Shown piece after piece: positions 48,801-57,009 of a DNA stretch of 64,000 nucleotides; the first letter of the stretch is position 1; each line of letters starts with the position of its first letter. Below the pieces are notes generated by a model. It did not search any database. It was given only the letters and a program-made list of their open reading frames with translations, and had not been told where the DNA came from. The stretch comes from Cyanobacteria bacterium P01_F01_bin.150. GTDB taxonomy: Bacteria > Cyanobacteriota > Cyanobacteriia > CAKZMO01. The DNA lies in assembly GCA_039189765.1 (NCBI GenBank), contig JBCCYL010000022.1, forward strand, positions 16,115 through 80,114, in the 5' to 3' direction. The position numbers were made by a program, and so were the translations under genes.

Positions 48801-50095
48801 CTTACAAAGCGGTTGAGGAAGTTATGCATAGGACAGCTAACATTATTTCTCAAGATCCAACCGCAGTAACCACAATGTACGCTTGCTATTCCTGGAGTAG
48901 AGCATTAGGCCCCACACCAGGAAAGTTAAATAGCAATGTCTCCTACAAAAGCATCACTATCGATACTAGCCATAATGAATTTAAAGAATGTCTAAAAGAT
49001 CTAACTAGCGCGCAGAAAATTGTCATCGTTGGATGCTCGATTCGCCAAGCAAGACGCTTCCCACAAGAAATTATGGACTCCCCAGTTGCCCCTCTGTTTG
49101 ACATCGCAATTATTGATGAAAGTTCTCAAGTACCTGTCTCTCATTCCTTATCTGCACTATGTGGTCTGAAAGAAAATTCAAGACTTGTAGTTGCAGGAGA
49201 CCATCTCCAAATGCCACCAATCAGTTCAATTGATCCACCAGTCGATGCTGCCTACCTCGTAGGCAGCATTCAAACTTATTTACGCAAACGGCATTCTACG
49301 CCCCCAAGTACCTTAGAAACCAACTACCGCTCCAGTAAAGACATTGTTGCTTATGCAAAACAAATTGGATATCCAGCTTCGCTACAAGCACATTTTCCAA
49401 GTACTGCCCTATATCTTCTCAAGCCCCCATCTTCAAGATCAAAATATCCGCCCCACCTACCGTGGTGCGATCAATTTACTGACTTACTAGCACCAGAGCA
49501 CCAAGTTATGACATTGCTACATGAAGACGAAATTTCTTCACAGGGTAATCACTTTGAAGCCAAACTAGTTGCAGGAATTGTATGGATGCTCCGCCAGTCA
49601 GTCAGTGTCGAATTAGATGGTAGAGGAACTACAACTCATAACACTCCAAATGACACTAAATTCTGGAGTAAATGCGTTGGAATTGTTACCCCACACCGAG
49701 CACAACGAGCACTCGTTATCCGTGAACTGGAACAACTCTTTGCAGGTGAACAAAAACTTATAGATGAAGCTGTTGACACGGTTGAACGCTTTCAAGGCGG
49801 AGAGCGACACACAATAATTGTGTCATTTGGTGTTGCAGATATAGATGTAATCAGTGGGGAAGAAGCTTTTCTTATGCAACTAGAGCGTACTAACGTAGCA
49901 ATATCACGCGCAATGGCAAAATGCATCACGGTTATGCCTAAATCACTAGCCAGCTACATTCCAGCAGATAAAAAGACTCTTAACACTGCCTTCGCACTAA
50001 AAGACTACATTGAAGAATTTTGTAATATGAGAGTTAATACAAAATTATCAGACGCTACACATACACGGAAAGCTCAGATTCGTTACCATCAATAA
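45854..50095 (+). CDS. PD-(D/E)xK nuclease fused to an SF1 (Upf1/Dna2-like) helicase
   Basis: PD...IDIK nuclease motif; RTRC plus CSNC...C cysteines; helicase motifs GPPGTGKT, DESSQ, GDHLQMPP, NYRS, TPHRAQ, TVERFQGGE and NVAISRA. Confidence 0.88.
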   Translation: MTTSHTLPMKKVSKSTMSMFLRTRCDKELYLSLHDKKALKALGLPAQVKRPGIGILSVEGRKFEEVRNDQLVRLFPKIITFKKIKTSYKDIDLEAFLLKITAPPQIILQGRFSISSSQNLILKNLGLSSSEIANIPEISDFIPDVIIVRQPKEGDIEICTDASRSEISAGSEARLAIEIIDIKHTNEANASYCSEIALYALMLTNWLHLHSTLSGRFYVNLNSYLWTRFKQGESELEHLEKKGGATTEELLQALISDSEDANLRFYLAAVRQFFENVVRVIKEAYQNGWENLEWHVSSRCSNCDWLGDKRHLSKEDKNTVDSNPNHYCLPFAKVSDHLSLVPGISHGAKRILHNNAVNTTADLAHAHGNKAFQEHTTLKREARHLPQKSNAILSSTLNTDVDAVIASLIKSANLLIYASINFDASAGLLTGLSISGTATNFKPGIHPRTFQATAFVVDQKNLAAEWVALEAFLSSISEYLNYAIDDLKIKNPKGQIHFWEHCQFQELCNAMGRHLPRILAFKDKRMRALAWIFSPDELIAQPESLQASTVVTLEHIIQRMVFTPTPHAITLFGTSESYPENPKYLQRETDSYYREYLSNSIPRERIYEIWRNASQIKRGSKLIPRNTAITRFSKTLEKQVKALESICGRLRHDYKDSFKAKATYISPKVPGGAQKVAFDSKLWIWWDSLEFNVSQLEDHIRLSIEGERLEATYEALILKNGVKVTPEIYQFDVAKGSTEAKFKELDGVLTLGKIGRPGMPLEKAKNLLHPRAIGSFTGNQDIFNMPLWSILKPVLIEFDRVGRKAKIKLLYDQDPSFIPFLLKESTENLLTDVFLLESKKPSYFNWEITSRKILKAIGNPPIAKADSNAANAMGLKASSKLRRGGTDTLTPAAQILWDATTMEQNIVVPKTIAHSIATYAASHNDLNSSQLNTVEHAAERSLTVIWGPPGTGKTKTISAFLHGLIQEGTQNNRSLKILVTGPTYKAVEEVMHRTANIISQDPTAVTTMYACYSWSRALGPTPGKLNSNVSYKSITIDTSHNEFKECLKDLTSAQKIVIVGCSIRQARRFPQEIMDSPVAPLFDIAIIDESSQVPVSHSLSALCGLKENSRLVVAGDHLQMPPISSIDPPVDAAYLVGSIQTYLRKRHSTPPSTLETNYRSSKDIVAYAKQIGYPASLQAHFPSTALYLLKPPSSRSKYPPHLPWCDQFTDLLAPEHQVMTLLHEDEISSQGNHFEAKLVAGIVWMLRQSVSVELDGRGTTTHNTPNDTKFWSKCVGIVTPHRAQRALVIRELEQLFAGEQKLIDEAVDTVERFQGGERHTIIVSFGVADIDVISGEEAFLMQLERTNVAISRAMAKCITVMPKSLASYIPADKKTLNTAFALKDYIEEFCNMRVNTKLSDATHTRKAQIRYHQ

Positions 50096-50465
50096 ATAGA
50101 CCAAGATTAGCCCTACATTACCGAAGCACTAGATATAGCAAAATTTTATGCTCCAACTATGCCTAATATATCAAGTTGGGCTAAACGAACCAAATACGCA
50201 TTTCCTCAAAGTCTTGATGCAAAAGGGCTACAGCCTCTTTTCTTTGGATATATATTATGGGCAATCAACACGACCTGATATTAATAAAAGTATCCTCTAC
50301 TACCTTCTGCCCCTAAACCATTTCCCAGTAAGCATTCTAGACCTAGCATAGCTTCTTGCTTCTGATACTTCAGAGTTTTTGATGCTAACCTCCTGAAGAA
50401 CAACCACATCCCTAACATGTGAGAAAGACTTCTGTCGATACTCCCTGAACTGTCAAACTTTATGA

Positions 50466-50490
50466 GTCCCCCCAGCAAAGCTGGGGGGAC
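50466..50490 (-). terminator. GC-rich hairpin downstream of the small gene
   Basis: GTCCCCCCAGC-AAA-GCTGGGGGGAC. Confidence 0.6.
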
Positions 50491-50508
50491 ATCCTTCTTT
50501 AAGGATTT

Positions 50509-50730
50509 CTAATTCTTGCCCTGAAAGCTTTTCGCCATTCCATAGGCAAAAGATAACCCAATAGCTGTCACGATAATGGTGGTGAGATCAATATCAAGAT
50601 CAATAGTTTGGGTAACACCCTCACCAGATGGACCTGCATATGAATTGACCTGACTTTGAGCCATTCCCGGTCCTTGAAGGTTAACAAGCATTAGGAATGA
50701 GAATAATACTAAATTCCAAAACCGTACCAT
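50509..50730 (-). CDS. Small membrane or secreted protein, 73 aa
   Basis: Strong AAGGAGG Shine-Dalgarno; signal-like N-terminus and C-terminal TM helix. Confidence 0.7.
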   Translation of the reverse strand: MVRFWNLVLFSFLMLVNLQGPGMAQSQVNSYAGPSGEGVTQTIDLDIDLTTIIVTAIGLSFAYGMAKSFQGKN

Positions 50731-51158
50731 TCATGTCCTCCTTTTAAGTGAAATGTCCTGGAGGTTTGATTGAATGGTTAATGTAGTGGAGAATGAATTG
50801 ACTATATAAATTTCAATCACACTTTCTCTACATTGAACTCAGTCAAACAAACCTGCCTAAGACCTGGTTGTTTGTAACTGACATATGTAGAGAAGTGTGG
50901 ATGCTACACTAACTCAATTTTTTTCGGCCTTTTACTCTCAGGAAGCATCCTCCGAGAAAGGCTTTGGGGCGAGCGTGGGCAATAAAATGTGGGAAAAGAT
51001 GAAATGCTAGAACAACTACTTGACTAGCAATCCAATTATAGATTTTTTCATCAGAGACGCCAAGGGTTAATTCAAACCTGCTCAACATACGTCATAACTC
51101 TTCACCAAAAGGGCAGGGGTAAATATTACCCCCACTTGGTAAGAATGAACCTTGAATA

Positions 51159-52082
51159 CTAAAACAAACGAAGCTGACCGTTCTTATCCCTTACAGTAGG
51201 TGTAGGCATTGGCGGAAGTGGAATAGACTTCTCAGACTCTGTAATCTCCACATCACTCGACCCACGATCGTCCTCATCAGCCACCCGTGCTTCCATCTCC
51301 CGAAGAAACTTCAACATCTGAAAACACGGATCTTTCTCCCATATGTACCGAGAGAGCTTATAGTGTGGGGTCTCCCTCCACTCCTGCATCTCCAGCGTGA
51401 GCGTGTTGCCCCACCAAATACGACCAGGAAGATCCATCGCCGATATCTGAAAGTACGCCACGTTGAACAGGGTCCGATTCACATCAATAGCTTCAACAAA
51501 CAGCACCTCATGGGGATTATGTCCCAAAGCAGTAAGTTGGTTTACCACTGCGATCACCATACCCCCTGGCCCCACCGCAGGTTCTTGGAGAGTCAGAAAC
51601 CCCTTCTCTTCCAGAATCTTATCGGCATCGATTAGAGCAATCTGAGCCATCATCTGAGATATTGCAGCAGGAGTGAAAAACTCTCCCCGGCTACCTCGTT
51701 GGGCACTCCCCCCCATATCCAGTTCCTCATACAGTGGCCCCAGAAAGTCAATACGGTGTTCTCGGACTGCCTTTTCAGCGATCACGTAGAGTTTAGACAT
51801 CAGGGCCATTCCTTCACTACCGTACTTGGGAGCAATAGCCTTGTATCGATCTTCAAGCTTGGTAAACGTTTCATCAATAGGCAACATCTTCTCCTCCAAT
51901 CCCTGCCCTTGGGGCATCCAAGCAGGATTGAAATAGACAGATTGATGTATTGCTATTGCTGCCAACTCAGTGAAGTCGGCCCACACTTCAGCAAACGTAT
52001 GTTTAAGCGTAAGTTGGGTAAAAACCTTCAGAAACTCTGCTTTATAGTGAGCAGGGTTAACTATCTTCTTTTTAGAAGTCAT
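51159..52082 (-). CDS. N-6 DNA methylase-like protein (HsdM-like N-terminal part only)
   Basis: DFLG.LYE, RGEFFTP, EPAVGPGGM and GNTL motifs; no NPPF/Y motif. Confidence 0.8.
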   Translation of the reverse strand: MTSKKKIVNPAHYKAEFLKVFTQLTLKHTFAEVWADFTELAAIAIHQSVYFNPAWMPQGQGLEEKMLPIDETFTKLEDRYKAIAPKYGSEGMALMSKLYVIAEKAVREHRIDFLGPLYEELDMGGSAQRGSRGEFFTPAAISQMMAQIALIDADKILEEKGFLTLQEPAVGPGGMVIAVVNQLTALGHNPHEVLFVEAIDVNRTLFNVAYFQISAMDLPGRIWWGNTLTLEMQEWRETPHYKLSRYIWEKDPCFQMLKFLREMEARVADEDDRGSSDVEITESEKSIPLPPMPTPTVRDKNGQLRLF

Positions 52083-52198
52083 AGTAATAGAAACCTTTGA
52101 CGAAAAGGCTTCTATTACTGGAATAAAGATGATGAGTCAAAAATTATACCTATAACCCACAAGCCTCTTGATAAAAGGCTTCTAGGTATATTATTTGT

Positions 52199-53740
52199 TT
52201 AATATCGAAACCTCATTTTTCTTACAGGTTTTTCCTTTCTGGGCTTTATTTCTGACAATTTCAATGAAGTCTCTTCAGACCGTGATTTCGTTGATTGAGG
52301 TTTCACCACATCAGGAAGATTTTGAGGAGACCGTTTTCTTCTAAGCTTTCTCTTACTGGTGAGGTACTGATTCAGGGTTTCTCGTGCTGTTTCATTCTCA
52401 TGGAGACCATCCACAGTAACAGTAAGCTGGCGACCATCGGGGAAATCGAGCGTAAACTTATCACGCTTGGCCTGGGGCACTTGATAACGAGAAGATATCT
52501 GCTTTAACATGCCAGCACTCGCTACATTGCAAAAGAGACCCACACGGTCATGAGGTTTCAAAAACCGTCTGGGTACTGACTCAAACTGCTGAGGATCAAC
52601 ACCAACCTTCAGCAAAGAGGGATAATAAGCTTGCTGAGGAGCATGGCGACTACTCAAATTCTTGGGCCATGCCAAAAGATCACCCAACATCGAAGTTCGT
52701 TCGGGTCGTTTCTCCCGAGCCGAACGAACATGCTCAAAGGAACGCAACGACAAGGTATAGGCACCCTTAAAAAAAGCTAATGCCGGGGCTGCTTGTGCTT
52801 TGAAAGTGACAAAATCCACCAGAAAATAGGCCACTAAGGTTCTTGAGACCTTCCCATTTCTGCTGTTTTGAGTGCTGAGACTAAAGAGTCCTTTATTTTC
52901 ATGCTTCTCCACGCAACGAAATACGAGATCTGCTGAACTTTCGGGATGATGTGCAGTATCACCACCAATCACTACCTCACGAGAATAGTTTCTTAAATCC
53001 CCAAAAGTACCCTCAAGTCTACGATAAAGGGATTCCCGGTGCAGAATATCATGGGTTCTTGTCTTAGAATCATGAGGTAGCGTTATTTCCTCTGATAACT
53101 GTCGCTTTTGCTCGATTCTGGTTCTCGCTGCTTTAATACGTTGCTTACGTAACGATCGTTCCTTCTCCTGCAAGACTCGTTTTTGTTCCAATTGCTCCTG
53201 GTGTTTCTTACGTTGTAGAGCGTGTTCTCTCTCTAAACGCTTCTGTTTTTCTTTCTGCTGTAAGGCCCGTTTTTCCAATTGTTCCTGGTGTTTCTTACGT
53301 TGTAGAGCGTGTTCTCTCTCTAAACGCTTCTGTTTTTCCTTCTGCTGTAAGGCTCGTTTTTCCAAGTGTTCCTTGGCCTGTACAGCAGAAGCAAGCACCT
53401 TATTAAGCCCTTCCATCGAAGGATGTCGTTTGCCCTTCTGATCCACCGTCCATGCAAGTTTATTACGGCGATCAATGTCAATGACAGCCATTGACCTGTA
53501 ACGTGGCTGGGAACCCTTCGCCTTCGGGTCTCTCCCCAAAAGCTCAATACGGGTATGGAACTTGCTGTGATTAAGAACATTCCTGCTAATAATCAATGGT
53601 GCCTGGGTGTCATTCTGGGGATATGACCAGTTTTCTTTCAAAAGAGAAACTTGGCCTGTGAGCTGCTGTAAGTTTTGGTAGAGTGCCTCTTTAGACGCGA
53701 GAGGCTGGAACATTTGAGACTGGGAAGAATGAGCTTTCAT
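52199..53740 (-). CDS. Basic hypothetical protein with a duplicated coiled-coil segment
   Basis: 513-aa ORF in the mob operon orientation. Confidence 0.7.
   Translation of the reverse strand: MKAHSSQSQMFQPLASKEALYQNLQQLTGQVSLLKENWSYPQNDTQAPLIISRNVLNHSKFHTRIELLGRDPKAKGSQPRYRSMAVIDIDRRNKLAWTVDQKGKRHPSMEGLNKVLASAVQAKEHLEKRALQQKEKQKRLEREHALQRKKHQEQLEKRALQQKEKQKRLEREHALQRKKHQEQLEQKRVLQEKERSLRKQRIKAARTRIEQKRQLSEEITLPHDSKTRTHDILHRESLYRRLEGTFGDLRNYSREVVIGGDTAHHPESSADLVFRCVEKHENKGLFSLSTQNSRNGKVSRTLVAYFLVDFVTFKAQAAPALAFFKGAYTLSLRSFEHVRSAREKRPERTSMLGDLLAWPKNLSSRHAPQQAYYPSLLKVGVDPQQFESVPRRFLKPHDRVGLFCNVASAGMLKQISSRYQVPQAKRDKFTLDFPDGRQLTVTVDGLHENETARETLNQYLTSKRKLRRKRSPQNLPDVVKPQSTKSRSEETSLKLSEIKPRKEKPVRKMRFRY
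53186..53365. repeat. 87-bp near-perfect tandem duplication (29 aa)
   Basis: LEKRALQQKEKQKRLEREHALQRKKHQEQ occurs twice; TTCCAA recurs at 53186, 53273 and 53360. Confidence 0.9.
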
Positions 53741-53853
53741 GATGACTAACCGAATATGTCATGGACATAACAAAGGCGTACGACGGAGATAAAGATCACT
53801 ACTTTCAAGTAAAGAGGTAGGCACCACTCAGAACGAAGTTAATAGAGGATAAG

Positions 53854-54597
53854 CTAAGACGTAGAAACTTCATCGCCTTCATCGGCATCAGCATCCACTT
53901 CAACATCATGGAAGTCTTGCAACTCATCATCATCGTCGTCGGTGTCATGGGGTATTAGTTTCTCAAACCAGGCCAGCGATTGATTCTGTGGAGGTTGAGC
54001 AGTCGGTAGGGCATGGTCAGGGGTCGCATCAAGTGTCAAGGTTGTGGTACGTCGAGTAGCAAAGTACTCTCGTAACTTTGTCTTAAATGCTTCGCGGATT
54101 TTTCCTTCCCGTGCAGCATTTGAGAGTGCTAATGCTGCCATGTGAGGTATGTGGTCAATCAGATCATTCACTGCTGCCTCAACTGTACTATTCACAGTCT
54201 CAGCAATACTTGCCCCTATGACTTCATCCAGATTTGCAAGTTCCTGACCACCTCCTGGTGTTTGTGGAGGTGGCACCGCCCCATAGGGAGAGTGTTCATC
54301 ATCGGGAACAGTCGCCTGGGCCATCCCTAATGCTTGTTGTACCTCCTCATAGGTTGCCCCTGCATCTACTAAGACTCTTAAGCGTACAAAGTGCGTCAGT
54401 AGTTCTTCTCCTGTATATGACCTCCGGCTTGTAGGGAGACCACAGGCTTTAAGGCTGTCGCTCACTGCATTTTTGGAAAGACCTGTAAGTTCCTGAATCT
54501 CTTTTTTGCTGTAGCTTTGAGCCGCATTAAAATCGTAGCAATACTGTTTCTTCGTCATGAGAGTCACATCCTTCTTAAAAATCAAATAATGGGTCAT
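53854..54597 (-). CDS. Putative HTH DNA-binding protein with an acidic tail
   Basis: YSKKEIQELTGLSKNAV...RSYT MerR-like pattern; likely start at 54558. Confidence 0.65.
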   Translation of the reverse strand: MTHYLIFKKDVTLMTKKQYCYDFNAAQSYSKKEIQELTGLSKNAVSDSLKACGLPTSRRSYTGEELLTHFVRLRVLVDAGATYEEVQQALGMAQATVPDDEHSPYGAVPPPQTPGGGQELANLDEVIGASIAETVNSTVEAAVNDLIDHIPHMAALALSNAAREGKIREAFKTKLREYFATRRTTTLTLDATPDHALPTAQPPQNQSLAWFEKLIPHDTDDDDDELQDFHDVEVDADADEGDEVSTS

Positions 54598-54618
54598 GCA
54601 AGAGAGTACGGTTGAGGC

Positions 54619-56295
54619 TCACGAATCTCTAGCAATCTGCTCTATGGCATCCCATCCAATGTCATAGACAATGCGCCTAATTTCTTCCTCAAACTCAGCA
54701 AGGGGATTCTCTTGCATGTTGCCTTGGGTCTCTACTATGGAGGACAGCTCCTCTGCCTCAACACCACAAAGGAAATCTCGTCGTGCTTGGGTCCACGGTG
54801 CAGGAAATTCAAAGTCAGCAGGAAGCGAGGTAAAGGCCACATGCCCTACAGGTGGATGGCGTTCAAGTACCTGTTTCCAGGGAATCACCTTCTCTAACTC
54901 CTCACCAAAGAACTGTGTTTTGAGGTACACGGTGATACCGTTCTCCGGTGACGGTGGGGGCATCGAGAGAAACGCTCGGTCCAGCACCACAGGCTCTAGT
55001 GATTTCCGTTCATCAAAGCGGAACTGTATTCCTTCTTTCCCATAGCTTCTGGCCTCAGATTCTCGTGTCGCCATATGCTGACCAAAAAGGCTTGCAAAGT
55101 ACTTAGCCGTGGTGGGTGACATGCTTCGCAGCATAATGACATTGGCAAAATTAGAGAGAAATCCATCAGCCTCATCACCGTAAGAACTCCGGCTCCTCAA
55201 ACTCTCAACACTTTGGCCCAGTGCAAAGAGGAGACCTCCGCATCCTCGTATCAGTTCAGTGGCTTCGAGGAACTTGGGAATTTTGCGATAGAAGTTAAGA
55301 TCATCAATAAAGATAATCTTGTCTTTCCGCACCTTCTTAGGATGTTTGGGAGTTAATCCCATGATGAACTCTAGCGACCGTTGAATAAGAGCTGAAGCAC
55401 TGGGGTACTCAGAATCCAAACGTTCAGGGCATAGTTTTACTACCAGGATGGGGGCTGAGGTCTTTCCTTCCCAGAAATCCACCACACTCAACGCTTCGGA
55501 GTATTGGTACTTTGCAGCAGCGGTCATAAAAGGAAATAACTGAGAGGCTAACTCTGATCGCACTTTATAGAAAGCTTCATCGCTGTCATTACTATCATCA
55601 CCGACATCAACAAGCGTATTGATCACCAGGTTGCCCAGAGGAGTCTGTTTCAGTATGGTTTTTAGAGTCTCCAGCGAGGAAAGACCTGCATACACCAGGT
55701 CATCAAAACCCCACTGAGAACGAGTGATCACATGGATACTAAATAATGTGGCAATAAAGATCGCTCGCGCCCCATTACGAAAGAAGGCATTGTTCCCCTC
55801 CAGGGGAGGAAGTAAGGTATAGCACAACTGCACAATCAAGGAATAGGAACTAAAATCCTGAGCGAGATCCCATGAGTGCCCCTGCCGATAGGAAAAGGTA
55901 ATGAGATGATAGGGAACGTTCATGCCCTCAAGCCACTGCACTAAGCTCCCCTTCGTCTCTATCACCAACAATCGACGGCTTGGATCACGGGTGACCGCTT
56001 TAACGAGTGATCGGAAGGTTGGCCCCATAATAAGGTTCTTCCCCGCCCCACTCTGAGCAAGCGCAATCGTATGGTCCATCTCATCAAGCCCCACACAATG
56101 ACCTGCCAAGGATATCGGTGGGCCTCGACGACGGCGACGGCGACGTGATCGCACTCGTTTACGCTCTTCTTCTGCCTTAAAGTCCCTCACAGGTACACGG
56201 GCAAGCTCGGAAGGAGTCAGTTTCATCACACTACCCAGAAACATCACTAACGCTAAGAAAAGGCCAAGTACGATAAGAAGATCACCAATCGTCAC
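54619..56295 (-). CDS. Type IV coupling protein (TrwB/TraD-like)
   Basis: N-terminal TM, Walker A AQSGAGKN, FFRNGAR, IFIDDL, RGCG, LGQS and A.YFASLFG; GTG start at 56295 with GGAGG Shine-Dalgarno. Confidence 0.85.
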   Translation of the reverse strand: MTIGDLLIVLGLFLALVMFLGSVMKLTPSELARVPVRDFKAEEERKRVRSRRRRRRRGPPISLAGHCVGLDEMDHTIALAQSGAGKNLIMGPTFRSLVKAVTRDPSRRLLVIETKGSLVQWLEGMNVPYHLITFSYRQGHSWDLAQDFSSYSLIVQLCYTLLPPLEGNNAFFRNGARAIFIATLFSIHVITRSQWGFDDLVYAGLSSLETLKTILKQTPLGNLVINTLVDVGDDSNDSDEAFYKVRSELASQLFPFMTAAAKYQYSEALSVVDFWEGKTSAPILVVKLCPERLDSEYPSASALIQRSLEFIMGLTPKHPKKVRKDKIIFIDDLNFYRKIPKFLEATELIRGCGGLLFALGQSVESLRSRSSYGDEADGFLSNFANVIMLRSMSPTTAKYFASLFGQHMATRESEARSYGKEGIQFRFDERKSLEPVVLDRAFLSMPPPSPENGITVYLKTQFFGEELEKVIPWKQVLERHPPVGHVAFTSLPADFEFPAPWTQARRDFLCGVEAEELSSIVETQGNMQENPLAEFEEEIRRIVYDIGWDAIEQIARDS

Positions 56296-56974
56296 GGCGC
56301 ACCTCCCGATCAGAATCTTTACGCTGCTTGTCTTTACGCTTCCGGCGAGCCTCATGATGGTCCCGCATCCGACGGCCTGTCTTATCTGCATTTCTCAATT
56401 CACGCTCAAGGAGATGGGGCCGAAACGCTTCCTCTAGGAGTTTCGTGCTGCCGTTCAAAAACACGCCTCCACCGCCAGAGAGGAAAATCACCAGCACGAT
56501 ACGAAGCAAAAAATTCTGGGTGATGAGGCAAGGCAATACGATCACCACAAAAAACGTGATCGATAACGGTACCACCACCAGAACAAATCCGGTAGCATGT
56601 GCCCAAATAAAATCAGTGATACTAAAACCGGGAATGGCAACCAGTGAGGAATAACGATCAAATGAGAACTCATTGGCTTCACGCAGTTTAATAAGCTTGT
56701 AATGCTGCCTGTAGCCAACCCCTCCTGCCGTTGCAAGAATTACTGCACTGCCCCACCTAAAGCTGTTTTCAATAAAGGAATAAGCAAACCAATTAAAGAT
56801 GGCCTCAAAAAAGGTTCCATCAGCCAAGGCAAAAGCTAGAGGAATCAAGTGATGTCCATAGTGATATCCAACATAGGCACCGAGAAACATTATGCCGAAC
56901 AGGTACATTTTGATGAGAATACTGCGAATAGGTCGCCACAAAACGATGAGACCCATATAGAGTCGCTGCATCAT
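56282..56974 (-). CDS. Multi-TM membrane protein
   Basis: About four hydrophobic helices; lies between the relaxase and the coupling protein. Confidence 0.75.
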   Translation of the reverse strand: MMQRLYMGLIVLWRPIRSILIKMYLFGIMFLGAYVGYHYGHHLIPLAFALADGTFFEAIFNWFAYSFIENSFRWGSAVILATAGGVGYRQHYKLIKLREANEFSFDRYSSLVAIPGFSITDFIWAHATGFVLVVVPLSITFFVVIVLPCLITQNFLLRIVLVIFLSGGGGVFLNGSTKLLEEAFRPHLLERELRNADKTGRRMRDHHEARRKRKDKQRKDSDREVRRDDW

Positions 56975-57009
56975 AATCTTTTTCTCCTTTGTAAAAATAG
57001 AGGTAGGTA

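Noticed and set aside
53186..53365. Tandem repeat as a possible CRISPR array
   Set aside because: Contiguous in-frame coding duplication with no spacers and no cas genes.
56296..56391. N-terminal extension of the coupling protein in the ORF track
   Set aside because: It overlaps the upstream gene; the GTG at 56295 has a GGAGG Shine-Dalgarno.
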